From Octopus sinensis (lineage: Eukaryota), in contig NW_021833613.1 in NCBI RefSeq assembly GCF_006345805.1, positions 1-57,352 on the forward strand: DNA of 57,352 nucleotides, read 5' to 3'. Every line of letters starts with the position of its first letter. Position 1 is the stretch's first letter. Positions 38,101 to 55,317 of this stretch are shown piece after piece. A model generated the notes under the pieces. It made no database searches, was not told the origin of the DNA, and saw nothing but the letters and a program-made list of their open reading frames with translations. A program made the position numbers and the translations under genes.

Positions 38101-38545
38101 AATATAAGCGATGTCATGACAATATAGCAAGGATTGTGTATTGGACACTTTGCAACAAGTATGGACTAGCACAGCAAAAAATTGGTATGACCACAAACCC
38201 GAAGGCATCATCGAAAATGATAATACAAAAATCCTATGGGATTTTATGATTCAGTGTGACCATGAGATAGAGAATAGGAAACCAGACATAGCGTTAATTG
38301 AGAGAGAAAGTAAACGATGCTGGATCATAGATATAGCACGCCCAGACGACAACAAAGTATACGATAAAGGAGAAAGAAAAGTCGATAGATATAACAGGTT
38401 AGCCTAGGAGGTTAAGTAGTTGTGGTCGAAGAAAAAGGTGGTAGTAGTATCAGTAACTGTCGGAGCCCTGGGAACAGTGAGTAAAAATCTTGAGAAGTAC
38501 ATGGAAAAATAGGAGCTGCAATACGGGTGAAGCACTTGCAGAAAA
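35180..38545 (+). mobile_element. Second, more decayed R4/Dong-clade element (different subfamily)
   Basis: Fragments RRWNKQVNAVIMECYY...TEQRLCDQARAI, NYRPISYLPLMWKLLT, RRGIFQGDCLS, HLLFIDDLKLY, ILWDFMIQCD...RKPDI...IIDIA with many stops; (AAT)n upstream at 34952-34979. Confidence 0.88.
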
Positions 38546-38954
38546 CACAAAAGACTTGAGTCTCAAAGTCCGCTTACATCAAACAATCGAGTGTATTGTG
38601 GACACAACAACGTCTGAAAGGAGATGATGTCATCTGAAGACGAAATACAATAGTGATTGATACATTGACGTTTAAATCTTCCAGAACGTATCAAGAATGA
38701 ACATGTACGTCATTTTGATTTTCGCTGTTCCAGTAAAAAATGAAACTTTGATATTTTATTATCCATAGTCAAATGAAATGTTAGAAGCTGAAACTATTGA
38801 AGGTTGAAGTGTTCAATAGTTGTCCTTTTGGGAGTATTGAACGTTTTAGGTTTTAAATACAATTTCTAGTTGCTTATGTTACAAGAATTTAAAAACTTCG
38901 AGGAACTGACTTTAACGTTGGTGCCAAAAGTAGATAAAGCTATAAATAATTATT

Positions 38955-39375
38955 TCTAATTCTGGCAGAAGGCCAAAAAGTTGAGGGAAAGGGATTGTCG
39001 ATTACGTCGATCCCAGTGTTCAACTGATACTTATTTTATCGACTTTGGCAGAATTTGAACTCAGAACGTAAAGCATGAAGAAATGCAGCTAAAGATTTTG
39101 TCTGGCGTGCTAACGATTCTTCCAGCTCGGCGCCTTGATAAAGCCATAAATAATCCTTTGTACTACAGATATAAGGCCTGAAATTTGGACGATTGAGGCT
39201 AGTCGATTACATGGGTCCCAGTGCTCAACTGGTACTAATTTTATCGACTATGAATGGATGAAAGGCAAAATCGACCTCGTCGCAATTTGAACTCAGAACG
39301 TAAAACCAGAAGAAATGCTGTTTAGAACTTTGTCTGGTGTGCTAAATGTTGGCGTGCTAACGATTCAATCAGCTG
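38955..39375 (-). mobile_element. Two tandem family-1 SINEs
   Basis: Reverse-complement consensus matches at ~38955-39140 and ~39150-39375. Confidence 0.8.
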
Positions 39376-41329
39376 CCTTGATAACGCCATAAATAATAAT
39401 AACGTTTAAATATTGGGATAAAAAAAATCCTTTTACTTTTTCCATCCAAGGCATTTTTAAAATCTAATATCTAAACGCCATTATTTATAGCTTTATCTTC
39501 TTCGAGGTTCACCGTTAACAATTTCCAGTATATACTTCACTTTTTCTCAATAACGAAAATACATCAAGAGATAATAACTACATAAATATATATAGTTGAA
39601 TGATCATAAAAAGAAAGATATAGTTAGCCTCAGTCAATGTGATGTATCCATCAAAGAGATAATTAGATCAATTGACTTCAGACAAGTGCTCCACCAATCC
39701 ACGCATATGACAAAATTTGAGTCGATGAAAGTAATCGATCGTAGCGTGCTTTTGGTTTCCAGAGCTGTAAATCTGTTTTTCATATGGTGCTTATTTACTG
39801 CTAGGGTGGGATGGTAGCAATGGGATACAGAGTGAGAAACATTCGCGGCCCTGGACACACAGCTGAAAATCGGTAACCACTTTACCAATACTATCTATAC
39901 GTGGGGATCAGAAAAAATGAGTCTGAAATAATTTCATATGCAACATAGAGACATGAATTTTGATGCTAGGGTTAGAGTTCTTCAAATAGGGTTCTTGTGC
40001 GAAATGCAGAACAAACTCTTATCCTGTGATATACAAATATATTATTTTATGGATATTATTATTGACGCTTTATTAGTTTGGCAGCTTCATCTCTTTCCAT
40101 AGCAATAAATAAATAAATATATTTATTTCCGCCCACACAATAATACAATACACTCAGTGATTAGTCTTCCTGATTTAGAGTGAGTGAAGAGAGAGGGAGA
40201 GAGAGAGAGAGGGGGGGTTGTGGCTTTAGCAGCTTTCTCAAGATGTTTAGCGCCATGAGGAAATGCTAATCGAAAACGAATCTCGGTCTCAAATATGCTT
40301 TCATCGACCATAACAAACCTAGAGATAGCAATACAGAAATAGATACAGTCGTGGCTAATAAATAACGATATTACATTGAGCAGCGACTTATAAATAATTC
40401 TGACGTAATATGCATTATTTTTGATCAACAGCTAATGAACTCCCGATAATAAAAAGGAATTTCACTTCTCAAAACAAAACAAAGAAAAGAAGAAAAAAAT
40501 AGTGATAAATAAAATTGACGCCTCAGAACCAGACATATTCCTTATGATGCTCAAGCCAACGAGGGAAAGCCTCTAATCGATTGATCGAGAAGCTTATAGA
40601 TCACACCAAGCTATCTTAAAATAAGGGACACGTTAGACAGCGTATTTTTAGATATTAAAAAAAGACAATGGCCACGACTAAGAAACAAACAAAATCATTG
40701 TTCACAAGTGTGCTTCATCAGGGCAAGTCTGGGATTAAACAACCACACGAACCAAAACAAGAACCGTCATCACCAACAACTTGTGCCACAACCACTACCA
40801 TTTGAAGAATATCTATGCAACTAACGCTTTCTAGAAAGCATGAAAATTTATAAGTTTCCATATACACATTTCCATAACTATATAATGCTTTCGTACCCAG
40901 TCAAAACATACGGTTATCATAAATGTTGAACGAATATCGTGATTCATTTCCCGCTTTCATTTATCAACTGACGTCATATTCCTTTTCTACAGCTGAAATG
41001 ACCGAGAAAAAGCAAAGAAATTATAACCTCAGATGTTTCAAATCCATGTAAGAAACAGTAACCTTCATTTGTTCAGAAACTTTCAAGAAGATGATTAGTC
41101 AGTTCTCAGGGAAATGAGACGCCCATGCATTTCTTTACAAAGCACGGGCAACTCTCAGTTTTATCCCAATGAGTACCACATTGAACAAGTGTCTTCCATC
41201 ATAACCTGGGAAGTAATTATCTATTGATCTCTCTAATTGTATTTTATCGGCTCTGAGAAAAAAAATGGAAGGTAGGGCAGTTTGGTGAAATTTCTAGTAA
41301 AAGAAAAAGAGGACCTATCTGAAGGTGGA

Positions 41330-42372
41330 GAAATCGAATACATCAACCCCAGTGTTCAACTAGTACTTATTTTATCGGCCACGATAGAATCAATGGCAAA
41401 GTTCACCTCAGGGGAATTCGAATTCAGAACGTAAAGATGGATAAAATGCAGTTAAGCATTTTGTCTGGCGTACTAACAATTCTGCTATCTCACCACCTTA
41501 GGAGCCATCATAATAGTTGTTTTAAAATTTTGGCACAAGGTCAGCAAGTTCTGGGAAGAGGATAAGTCAATTACATCAACCCCAGTGCTCGACTGGTACT
41601 TATCGACCTCGAGAGAGCGAAAGGTAAAGTTGACATTGGTGGAATTTAAAGCCAGAACGTAAAGACGGACGAGGAACCATTATAATTATTGTCATCATCA
41701 CCTCACTGTCAGCAATAAATTTGATTTTCTTAAATGATTTCAGACATTCATTTTGAGGAAGGTGTGGTCAATGAGATCACTCGACAAGGATACAAAGCAA
41801 AGTCGACTTGTAGGAAACAAGTTTTCTTTAACCTCGCCCAGAATATATTAACAAGGATCTGATCACGAGACAATATCGGTATTACGTCAGGCAAAATAAT
41901 TTGTTGTATTAGTTCCAGCCTGTAAGGCGGTGAGCCGACATAATCGTTAGCATGCCGAGCGAAATGCTTAGCGGCATTTCGTCGTCTTCACGTTCTGAGT
42001 TCAAATTCCACCGAGACCGACTTTGCTTTTCATCCTTTTGGCGTCGATAAAATAAGTACCAGCTGAGTACTGGAGTCGATGTAACTGACTTACCCACCCC
42101 ACAGAAACTTGCTGGCCTTGTGCCAAAAGTTGAAATCACTATTAATTCCGGCCAAAGCAGCGAGCTGGCAAGATCGTTAGGACGCCGGGCAAAATGCTTA
42201 GTAGCATTTGGTTCGCCTATATGTTCTGAGTTCAAATTCCGTCGAGATCAACTTTGACTTTCACCCTTTCGGGGTCAATAAAATAAATACCAATTGTGCA
42301 CTAGGGTCGATGTAATCGACTTACCACCTCCTTCAAAATTGCTGGACTTGTACCAGAATTCAAAACCGATAT
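41330..42372. mobile_element. Four family-1 SINEs arranged minus, minus, plus, plus
   Basis: Minus copies at ~41330-41500 and 41520-41670; plus copies at ~41915-42140 and 42155-42372. Confidence 0.82.
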
Positions 42373-42729
42373 TATTTCCGGCTCTTTCTTTTCAAAGTTC
42401 GAATCCCGATGTTACATTGCCCCTGATCGTTAATATATAGCGCCAGAATTATGCACCGGCAGAATTTTTAGAGCATAAGACAAAATACTTTGCACTGTTT
42501 AAATTCTGAGTTCACCTGCGATGACACATGTGCTAAGCTGTATCGGCCATTGTCATTCTCTTGGATAACATTTGTTTCGTGGAGAAAAGATACTTGCTAG
42601 AAGGGCAACGGCCGGTTGTTTTCATAAAAGTAAAGTTCCCTAGAAGTACGACATGGCAGGTGCAGAGACAGGTGCAGAGTCAATTCAAACTGACGGAGGC
42701 CTTAAATATATTTTTCTCACAACTCAGAT

Positions 42730-42762
<33 letters not shown>

Positions 42763-42962
42763 AGAGGAGAGATAGAGAGAGAGAGGAAGAGGTAGATAGA
42801 AAGCAAGAATACCTGTATGTGTGTGTGTGTGTCTATGGGACATTAAACTTTTTAATATTTTGAATTCTATAAATGAATGGTTGAACGAATTAATTAATCC
42901 ATTCACCTAAATATCCATCCATTCATACATCCGTCGATACACGCTTACATGCATACATGCGA

Positions 42963-43024
<62 letters not shown>

Positions 43025-43059
43025 TACATATAAGTACATACATACATATATATGTATAT

Positions 43060-43250
43060 ATATATGCATATATGGGTGCAGGACGTCACAAAACGTAAAC
43101 AACATGAAATACGAAGAAAAATTTGGGTATGCAAACAACCAGAGAAACAAATGGAAAATAAGACAAGTAACATATAGAACGACTCTTCATCAGTTGTCGG
43201 CTATCTATTTACTCCTTATTTCAAGCATCTAACGACAATATGAGACTTCG
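43060..43250 (-). repeat. Family A copy (A3)
   Basis: atatgggtgcaggacgtcacaaaac...ctcttcatcagttgtcggc is the reverse complement of the 44300-44480 region. Confidence 0.82.
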
Positions 43251-43505
43251 AAAGGCAAATTTGGGATTTGCAAAAGGTCTCTGTAATTCTCCTTTCATCC
43301 CCTTCTCCCCTTTTGTTTTTTCTCTCTTATCCTTTCTCTCTATCTACTTCTTTACTCTCTCTCGTTGCTCACACATGACCATGTATATATATGTATGCAT
43401 GTATATGCATGTATATGTATGTATGTATGTACGTATGTATGTATGTATGTATGTATGTATGTATGTATGTATGTATATATGTATGTATGTAGGTATGTAT
43501 ATATA

Positions 43506-44263
<758 letters not shown>

Positions 44264-44295
44264 TTTATTTTGGTTCGCGGGAGCAACTGCCTTTA

Positions 44296-44480
44296 AAGTC
44301 TTATCTTATCGTTCATTGCTCGAAATAAGGAGTAGAGGCCAGCCGATAACAGATGAAGGGTCGTTTTTTATATTACTTTTCTTGTTTTCCATTGTTTCTC
44401 TCGTTCTTTGCGTACCCAACGTTATTTTCATATTCATGTTGTTTAGGTTTTGTGACGTCCTGTACCCATATACGCATACC

Positions 44481-44526
<46 letters not shown>

Positions 44527-44606
44527 TATGTGTGTGTATATATGCATGTATATATATAATTTATCTTATTATTTGATTGAACGCCACGCATCCATTTCAA
44601 AGTAAG
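44296..44606 (+). repeat. Family A copy (A2)
   Basis: Matches 10792-11098, including the gaacgccacgcatccattt end. Confidence 0.82.
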
Positions 44607-44611
44607 TTTTG

Positions 44612-45085
44612 CTCTCTGGTCAATCTCTCATCAACTTCTTCAAGTATTACTTGAAAAGGAAAGTGAGAGTAGAAAGGCAAGTTTTGTCTAGCGTATGTTT
44701 AAAAAAATATGGGTGAATGTAGCATGGATGGCACGTATGAATGACGAAGCCACCTTGAGCATGATCCTATGAATCCGGAAAAATTTAAAATAGAAAGTTA
44801 CTTACTTGCAAATAAATGTGTTAACATGTGACATTATTGACCGAGGTAACCATGGTCTTTTCCGTAGGCTTCTCTTTTCACGGAAAAACCTTATCTGTTT
44901 CCCCCTTTACACTTTACATCATGACATTTCTGTGATACACGATCCCTATTGATCGTTTTTCCTTTTTTCTACGATCCTTTTTGATCGAAAACCTAGCCCC
45001 CTCCATTTTTTCTCCCCCAAAAGAAAAGCTCTACTTTGTAATTTGTCCTCTCTGCGTTCAGCTCTGTGTGGCTAATAAAGAAGCA
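44612..45085 (+). mobile_element. L1/Tx1-like 3' end fragment T1, ending at (TATC)n
   Basis: LSGQSLINFFKYYLKRKVRVERQVL is homologous to 47610-47700; 3' UTR homologous to 47810-48078; ends aataaagaagca(tatc)n. Confidence 0.8.
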
Positions 45086-45171
<86 letters not shown>

Positions 45172-45181
45172 GCTATCTATC

Positions 45182-48078
45182 TGGACGGACGCAAGTGAAA
45201 TGGGCTCCAAGTAAGTTGGTTTTTGGTAGTTTTCTACGTTTAAAATTGTTGATTGTCAAACATTTTATGTCTAAATGGTGTGCAACAACACCCAACCCAT
45301 ACTTTCATTAACAACCACACAAAATTTCGCCCTTTGTGGGCAAAAGTTTTAAAAATTCTCAAAGGCTTCGTGGTTTTATTTTAGCCATATTTATTTTCAA
45401 AATTGGTTACTGGTCACCACGAGGCCAAGGCACAAGTCAAGCGTGACGCCGAAACAAAAGAGCAAAATTCCCTGCCACTATACGCTGAACCTGACAGTTT
45501 GAACGCCACTAACACCATCACCACAACCACCATCAGCATCAACAACAGCAACAACTACAAAACCAAGGTCGCAAGGCCATTCACCATCACCGCCACCAAT
45601 GATTCTACCATCAACACCGACACCCTCCTTGACAACGCTTACGACGTTGATTTCCCTATACTGCCTTCACCACAATTTCATGAAGGAGGGGAGAAGGGGA
45701 AAAGCAACACAGGCGCAAGTGTGAGTATGAACGCTAACACCGCCACCGCCACACAAAAACTGGTAAACAACCCGACTTCACAGTCATCTACTTCACAATA
45801 CATCTAAACATTCCACGTAACATTTTGGAAGAAGCACAAAAGAAGACCATCATCTACAGAATACTCAACACCAAAACAAAGAAACCAGAGAGCCCAGCTA
45901 CAGAAAAGATTGAGAAGTGCCTCGCTTCTGTTTGGAAGTTTTGAAATTATGTGAATTGGGGGTATAAATTAGCTACCGTGCAAGTTCGCTTCAATACGGA
46001 AGAATTAGCAAAGAAGTTTTCGACGCTTACTCTGCGCACAGACCAAGTAACAATGGTACCTAGCTATCTTGGGCGCAGAGTAATGAAAATAACAATAAAC
46101 AATGTGCCTCCAGAAGTGGATACCCAGTGGCTGGTATCGGCCATCTGCTTCAATATAGAAGCAGATATTTTAGAAATCGCCGACATTCGGTTGGATCACT
46201 GCCTTGTATAGCGGCATCCGATCGGTAATTCGGGTGAACGGTCACCTGTCGAAACCGTTTGACATCACGAGTTCGGTCCGTCAGGGATGTCCTCTGTCAG
46301 CGCTTCTGTGTGTATTGACTCTCGAGCCGCTACTGCGGAAGCTGGCGACACTGAGGGGCATCCCACGGGAACTGGGTTGCGGGACGAGCGTGTCGACATA
46401 TGCGGACGATGTCACCGTCATAGTGTCGAGCGAAAAGCACATCAAGATGCTAGGCGAGACACTAAAAGAATACGAAACGGTGACGGGAGCGAAAATTAAC
46501 CCGGAAAAGTCAGTGGGTTTGCTACTCGGCACCTGGAGAAGCAAGCCCATTCCGCCCAACAGCGACTCAGTAGTGGGACGCTGGACGGACCGGTTAAATT
46601 GTTCGGGGTCTGGTTCAGTCAGGACCTCCAAATGGATAAGAACTGGGACGAGATCACGAGTAGAGTGGTCGCTCTCAGCCAAACATGGGCCAAGAGAAAG
46701 CTGTCTCTAAAAGGTCGGGCGGAGGTGGCTAATCGCATCAATCATAGATTCCCGCCTGACCGTCGTGCCCTGTTCCGATGCTACCATCACGAAATTAGAA
46801 GGCATAATCTTCCGCTTCCTGTGGAAGGGTGGCGTTCCGATGGTGAGGCGATCCATTTGCTGTCAACATCCGTTAAATGGAGGACTGGGTATGCCGTGAT
46901 TAACGATGCGCAGGCATGCGCTGAGACTGTGGCATCTCTGGAACTTCATCGACGACGGTGAACAGGTGTGGGCGCCGTTTGTGAGGCGCGCCTTCGCACA
47001 GCTCGTCTCACTGACCGAACTGCAAACATGGATCAGAAAGAGACCGAAACTGGGCGATTGGCACCGAGAGTGTCGCCAAGCTCTACAGCAGCTCTGCCGC
47101 CTGGGATCAAACTTGTGCAACTTCCAAACGACCAACGCGTTCTATAGAGGACTAGTGGAGGGGAGGTCCGACGACAAACTCGGGGCAAATCTGGGCGTTG
47201 ACGAGAAATTCCTAACCCGCTTGTTCAGGACGATGTTCGGGCCAGGGCCTATGGATAACTTCCAAAGATCCCTAGCTTGGCAATGCTATCGTGACGCACT
47301 ACCAGTTCGAGAGAAGAGCTACAGACACGGTTCGAAGACCACCAGACCGACCTGCCCGAGATGCGGTCAGAGCGACGAAACCGTTCTGCACGCACTCGTG
47401 CAGTGTCCAGATACTTCAGAGCTGGGAGCCCTCGTCGAACAGCTGGTGTCGAGTGTGGAACGGGCCCACTTAGCCGAGTCTTTCAGGAATATTGTTCCGC
47501 CACGTTCCTTTAAACGGGAAGGAAAAACAGTTTTCGTAACACTGATAGCTATGGTGAAAGAATGCGTGTGGTGGACGCGTTTGAAAGGCCTACAAACAAA
47601 CACTTTCCTCTCTGGTCAGTCTCTCGTCAGCTTTTTCAAGTACCACTTGAAAAGGAGGATGAGAATAGAGAGGAAAGTATTGTCGAATGAAAGTTTCAAT
47701 AAAAAATGGGCAAATGTGACAAGAATGGTCAGTATGAAAGACGACACCATTTTAAGCATAAATCTGTAACAAAAAGAGAAAACGAGAGGAAAGGTTTTTA
47801 CTCTTATGGACATTTTGAACTGCCTGAGGTGACCTTGATCTTTCTTGTTGGTTTTTCTTTCCAAGGCTACACCTAAACTGTAAACAATATAGTTCCCCCC
47901 TTTTTTTGGAACTTTATATATATATGTCTTTCCTTTTTTGTAAATAACACATCCCAACGATCCCTATTGATCGGACTTTTTCTTTTATGTGTCCCACCCA
48001 TCCCACCTCGAAAAGAAAAACTCTACATTGTATTTCGTCTATTTTCTGTGTTTAGCCCTGTGTGGCCATAATAAAAAG
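45182..48078 (+). mobile_element. L1/Tx1-like element T2: ORF1 part joined at ~46188 to mid-RT and 3' end
   Basis: ORF1-like PSYLGRRVMKITINNVPPEV; then VRQGCPLS, YADDVT, KINPEKS, CPRCGQSDETVLHALVQC; (TATC)n/(TGTC)n on both flanks. Confidence 0.85.
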
Positions 48079-48081
48079 ATA

Positions 48082-48124
<43 letters not shown>

Positions 48125-48157
48125 GTCCATCTATCTATCTGTCTATCCGTCTCTTCA

Positions 48158-48281
<124 letters not shown>

Positions 48282-48399
48282 CCTATCTATCTATCTATCT
48301 ATCTATCTGTGTGTGTGTATGAGTGTGTGTGTGTGTTTGTGTGTATGTGTACGCGCGCATTTATGTGTGCATGTGTATATAGATACGTATGTATATATG

Positions 48400-49565
48400 T
48401 TAAGTTAAGTTAAGTTAATTTTTTTGGCTAAAAAAGCAAAAAGCAAGGCCATGTAGGAGGACATGGAGTTATGTACAGGGAGGATGTTCATGCAAAAAGT
48501 TCAGGCCATTTCTGGTCAAGAGAGACTTTGAACCGAGCGGTCGTCGGCATCTTCACTATCTCGTCCGGCAGCTTATTCCACGGATCCGCAACCCGGACAG
48601 AGAAAGCCCCTCTCCTTCGATTGAGATGAAATCGTCGCAGATAGAGCTTTTCGGAGTGACCCCGCAGCCGACGCTCTGGAGCAGGAGTGAAGAACAGCTC
48701 TTTCGAGAGGTTACACTTTCCGCTTATGATGTTGTGAGCAAGAATGAGATCACCACGGCGTCGTCGCTTTTCTAGAGAATAAAGGTCGAGCGTCTTCAGC
48801 CTTTCTTCATGAGACAAATGTTTGAGACCAAGAACCATACGGGTAACCAGCTTCTGGACTCTTTCGAGATGATGGATGTCTCTGAGGAGATAAGGAGAAG
48901 AGGCTTGAATCCCGTACTCCAATATGGGTCTCACCAGCGTGACATAGAACGGTAGGAATATGGCTGCTGTGAGCATTCCGAATGACCGTCGAATCAAAAA
49001 CAGAACTCTGCGTGCTTTGTTGGCAGCACGGACGCACTGGGCCGAAGGCGAAAAGGAAGAATCCACCAAGATACCCAGGTCCTTTACCTGGTCGGTCCTC
49101 TCCAGCAGCAGACGGCTCGAAATCAAGTTGAGTTGCAGGAGAAGAGCCAACAGGCAGATGACAGCACTTTGACACGTTCAGACACAGGTCCCATTCGTTA
49201 GACCATCTCCAAACTTGGTGGAAGCATCGACGAAGATCATCTATATCACCGCGAGGAGCGACCAGTTTGACATCATCGGCAAATAGAAGGGTGTGTTGCG
49301 TGAGGTCGTCGGGCAAGTCATTTATGAAGACTAAGAACAATAAGGCCCCAAGCACTGAACCTTGAGGCACGCCACTGCTCGCACTGGAGACATCGGACAG
49401 CGAACCATTAACTTGGACTTGGAAAGAGCGATCTGAGAGGAAGGCACCAACCCATCGTACAATATCCGGATGGAAACTATATGCTTGAAGCTTGACAAGT
49501 AATAGGCGGTGGTTAACCGAGTCAAAAGCTTTGGCAAAGTCCAATAAAACGATGTCAACAGCATC
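48400..49565 (-). mobile_element. 5'-truncated CR1-clade LINE, young (one frameshift), (TTAAC)n tail
   Basis: LDFAKAFDSVNH, GVPQGSVLG, LFADDVK, KDLGILVD, VRPILEY, RRRRGDLI, WNKLP across ORFs 48807-49544 and 48488-49150. Confidence 0.93.
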
Positions 49566-49869
49566 ACAATATGTGTATTTTTTACTTTGGGCGAGTCGGA
49601 CTCTTTCTACTCTGCAGCTTCCTTCAGCTCTTAGTGAATATTTATTCGAAATACAAACATTGTGAACGTATCACATTTTAGCAAAACTAAACTTAAATAA
49701 CCTATAGGTATTTCTGTGAAGTTCACACATAGTAAAAGCGCTATATCATCTATTCACCTTTAAGTTATTAGTAAATGGGGCGTGTTAAACAAAGAGCGTG
49801 AGAGTATTTCAATAAAACACCTGTATGTCCTATAGAGTACTGAATACCACACCAGCTTACTGCTTATTA

Positions 49870-49908
<39 letters not shown>

Positions 49909-49956
49909 TGTGTGTGTGTGTGTGTGGTGTATGTGCATGTGTATGTATATATATAC

Positions 49957-50013
<57 letters not shown>

Positions 50014-50181
50014 ATTTATAAGTAAGGGCAAAAGAAAAAATTCTAATGCCAAAATATGCCGAAAATAGACACTACGTCAATAACCATGTAATTACATGGT
50101 TATTGACGTAATGTCAATAACCAGAGTAGAAAGAGTCCGACTCGCCCAAAGTAAAAATACACATATTGTGATGCTGTTGAC
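49554..50181. repeat. ~60-bp near-perfect terminal inverted repeats (MITE-like)
   Basis: 49554-49614 against 50122-50181, differing by one base in an A/T run. Confidence 0.88.
50073..50110. repeat. Perfect 38-bp palindrome
   Basis: tacgtcaataaccatgtaa|ttacatggttattgacgta. Confidence 0.95.
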
Positions 50182-50182
50182 G

Positions 50183-50214
<32 letters not shown>

Positions 50215-50809
50215 TTGTATGTATGTGTGTGCGTATATTCACGCAGACATACATGCACACATACACACGCGGAAACATATGCACATATCTATAGGTGTGT
50301 ATATAGTGTAGGCGCTTGGGCTAGTGATTAGGATGTTTGGGCGACATGCTGTGTAAGTAAGGAACTGTGTTTTACGTTGACCCATCCTACTCAATTGAAA
50401 ACGAATGCCATCTGAGCGTTGACGTAGTTCTCTTTCCCTCCACCTGTCGCATCTTTTATGCACCACTGGGTCAAAAGTTGGGTTAAGTCAAGCGGGTGTT
50501 TATGTCTGCTCGTTATGCATGCTACATATGCACCTAAAACAAAAGGAAAATATGTACATGTCACCAAGCCATACACCTTCGCGTTTGACAGCTGATGCTC
50601 TGTCTCTCTATCTCTGCCTGCCTATATGTCTGTCTGTCTTCTGACTTCGTGTATCTCACACACTCTTTCTCTCTCCTCTTGTCTTCCACACTCTCTTTCT
50701 CCTTTTTCGCTTTCTACACTACATATATATGTACATGTATGTATGTCATTGTTCAGTTTTATTTCAAGATTTCTTACCAATACAAATAGAGCCTATTTCT
50801 GACCTTGTG

Positions 50810-53705
<2,896 letters not shown>

Positions 53706-53720
53706 TGTTATTATTATTTT

Positions 53721-53764
<44 letters not shown>

Positions 53765-53809
53765 TACTACAACTACTACTACTACTACTACTACTATACT
53801 ACTACTACT

Positions 53810-54012
53810 ACGATCTGGCAGAATCATTAGCGTGACGGACGAAATGCTTAGCGTATTTTGCCCGTCACTATATTCTGAGTCCAAATTCTGCCGAGGTCAA
53901 CTTTACTTTTGATCCTTTCGAGGTCGATAAAATAAGTACCAGTCGAAAACTAGGGTCGATGTAATCGACTCATTCCCTCCCACCAAATTGGTGTCCTTGA
54001 GGCAAAATTTGA
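53810..54012 (+). mobile_element. Family-1 SINE
   Basis: ctggcagaatcattagc...gagtccaaattctgccgaggtcaac...gaggcaaaatttgaaa. Confidence 0.82.
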
Positions 54013-54059
54013 AAGCATTGTTATTATTATTTTCTTCATTATTATTATTATTATTATTA

Positions 54060-54108
<49 letters not shown>

Positions 54109-54111
<3 letters not shown>

Positions 54112-54178
54112 TGTTTTATTTTTTAGCGTGCTTCACTTCACTTACCGAGCACAGTCTGTGTGCCTTGGGTATGTGCTT
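54109..54178 (-). mobile_element. 70-bp 3'-terminal copy of the 30655-34612 R4/Dong element in (ATT)n
   Basis: Closely matches 30655-30727 (a few small indels); ATT tracts on both sides. Confidence 0.88.
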
Positions 54179-54219
54179 ATTATTATATTATTATAGTATT
54201 ATTATTATTATTATTATTA

Positions 54220-54251
<32 letters not shown>

Positions 54252-54269
54252 ATTATTATTTATATATAT

Positions 54270-54470
54270 ACACAACACATGCAGTCATGCTGTCAACATT
54301 TTGACATATATATATATATATATATACACAACACACACATGCAGTCATGATGTCAACATTTTGAAACCCTGCGTGAATCATCATGATACAAGTAACTTTT
54401 GCAATATTAAGATGTCTTCCAGACTTACAAATCAGCTTGTTCTTACCTACAACTTTAACCATTATTATTA

Positions 54471-54506
<36 letters not shown>

Positions 54507-55156
54507 AGTGAGAGAGCAGTTCATGCCATCAAAGTGACACTGGGGTAAAATATACGAAGCCCAGTATACCCATCATGACTACCCGTCTGATAAGGGTACA
54601 CCAGGCACATGCATCACAACCATATGTGCGCGACATGGTGATCTCATATCAAGAATAAACAGCACATGACCTTGCAGGTGGGGCCCAGTTAGAATTTTCT
54701 CAGGTTGAGTAGCCCATCCCGCTCCAAAGGTCCCTGAGTAAGGGTTGTTAAGGATGTTGAAAGAACCACCCATGTTTCCAGAGGTGAATTATTCAAACCC
54801 CAAAGAATCCTCTCAACACATTGCTATGATGCTCCCCCCACTACTTCTGCTCGTGATCAGAGATGCACATATCGTCAGCCACTAAGGGACATGCTCAACT
54901 GGTTAAGGTCAAACAACTGACAAGCAAATCTGTGGTATTGAGCAGAATATTGCTGTGTAGCCCATCTTTTATACCAAGACAAACAATGTACATGATAACA
55001 CTTCCAATCAGTTAAGATCAGAAGCCATGAGAGCCACTGCTTGGTACTGCATCAGGGCATTTATTATTATTATTATTATATTATTATTATTATTATTATA
55101 TTATTATTATTATCATTATTATCATTATTATTGTTGTGTTGTTGTTGTTGTTGTTG

Positions 55157-55187
<31 letters not shown>

Positions 55188-55263
55188 CCTTATTATCCTT
55201 ATTATCATTATTATTGTTGTTGTGTTGTTGTTATTATTATTATTATTGTTGTTGTTGTTATTA

Positions 55264-55317
<54 letters not shown>

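Noticed and set aside
39596-39920. Tc1-like HTH start (MNDHKKKDIVSLSQCDVSIKEII) and a mariner-like TIR
   Set aside because: No DDE motifs or paired TIR found.
42505-42685. E-box cluster (cacctg, cacatgtg, caggtg twice) as an enhancer
   Set aside because: Short motifs are expected by chance; no other support.
54990-55050. U2 snRNA-like words (atcagttaagatc, tgcagtacc)
   Set aside because: Matches are too short and on inconsistent strands.
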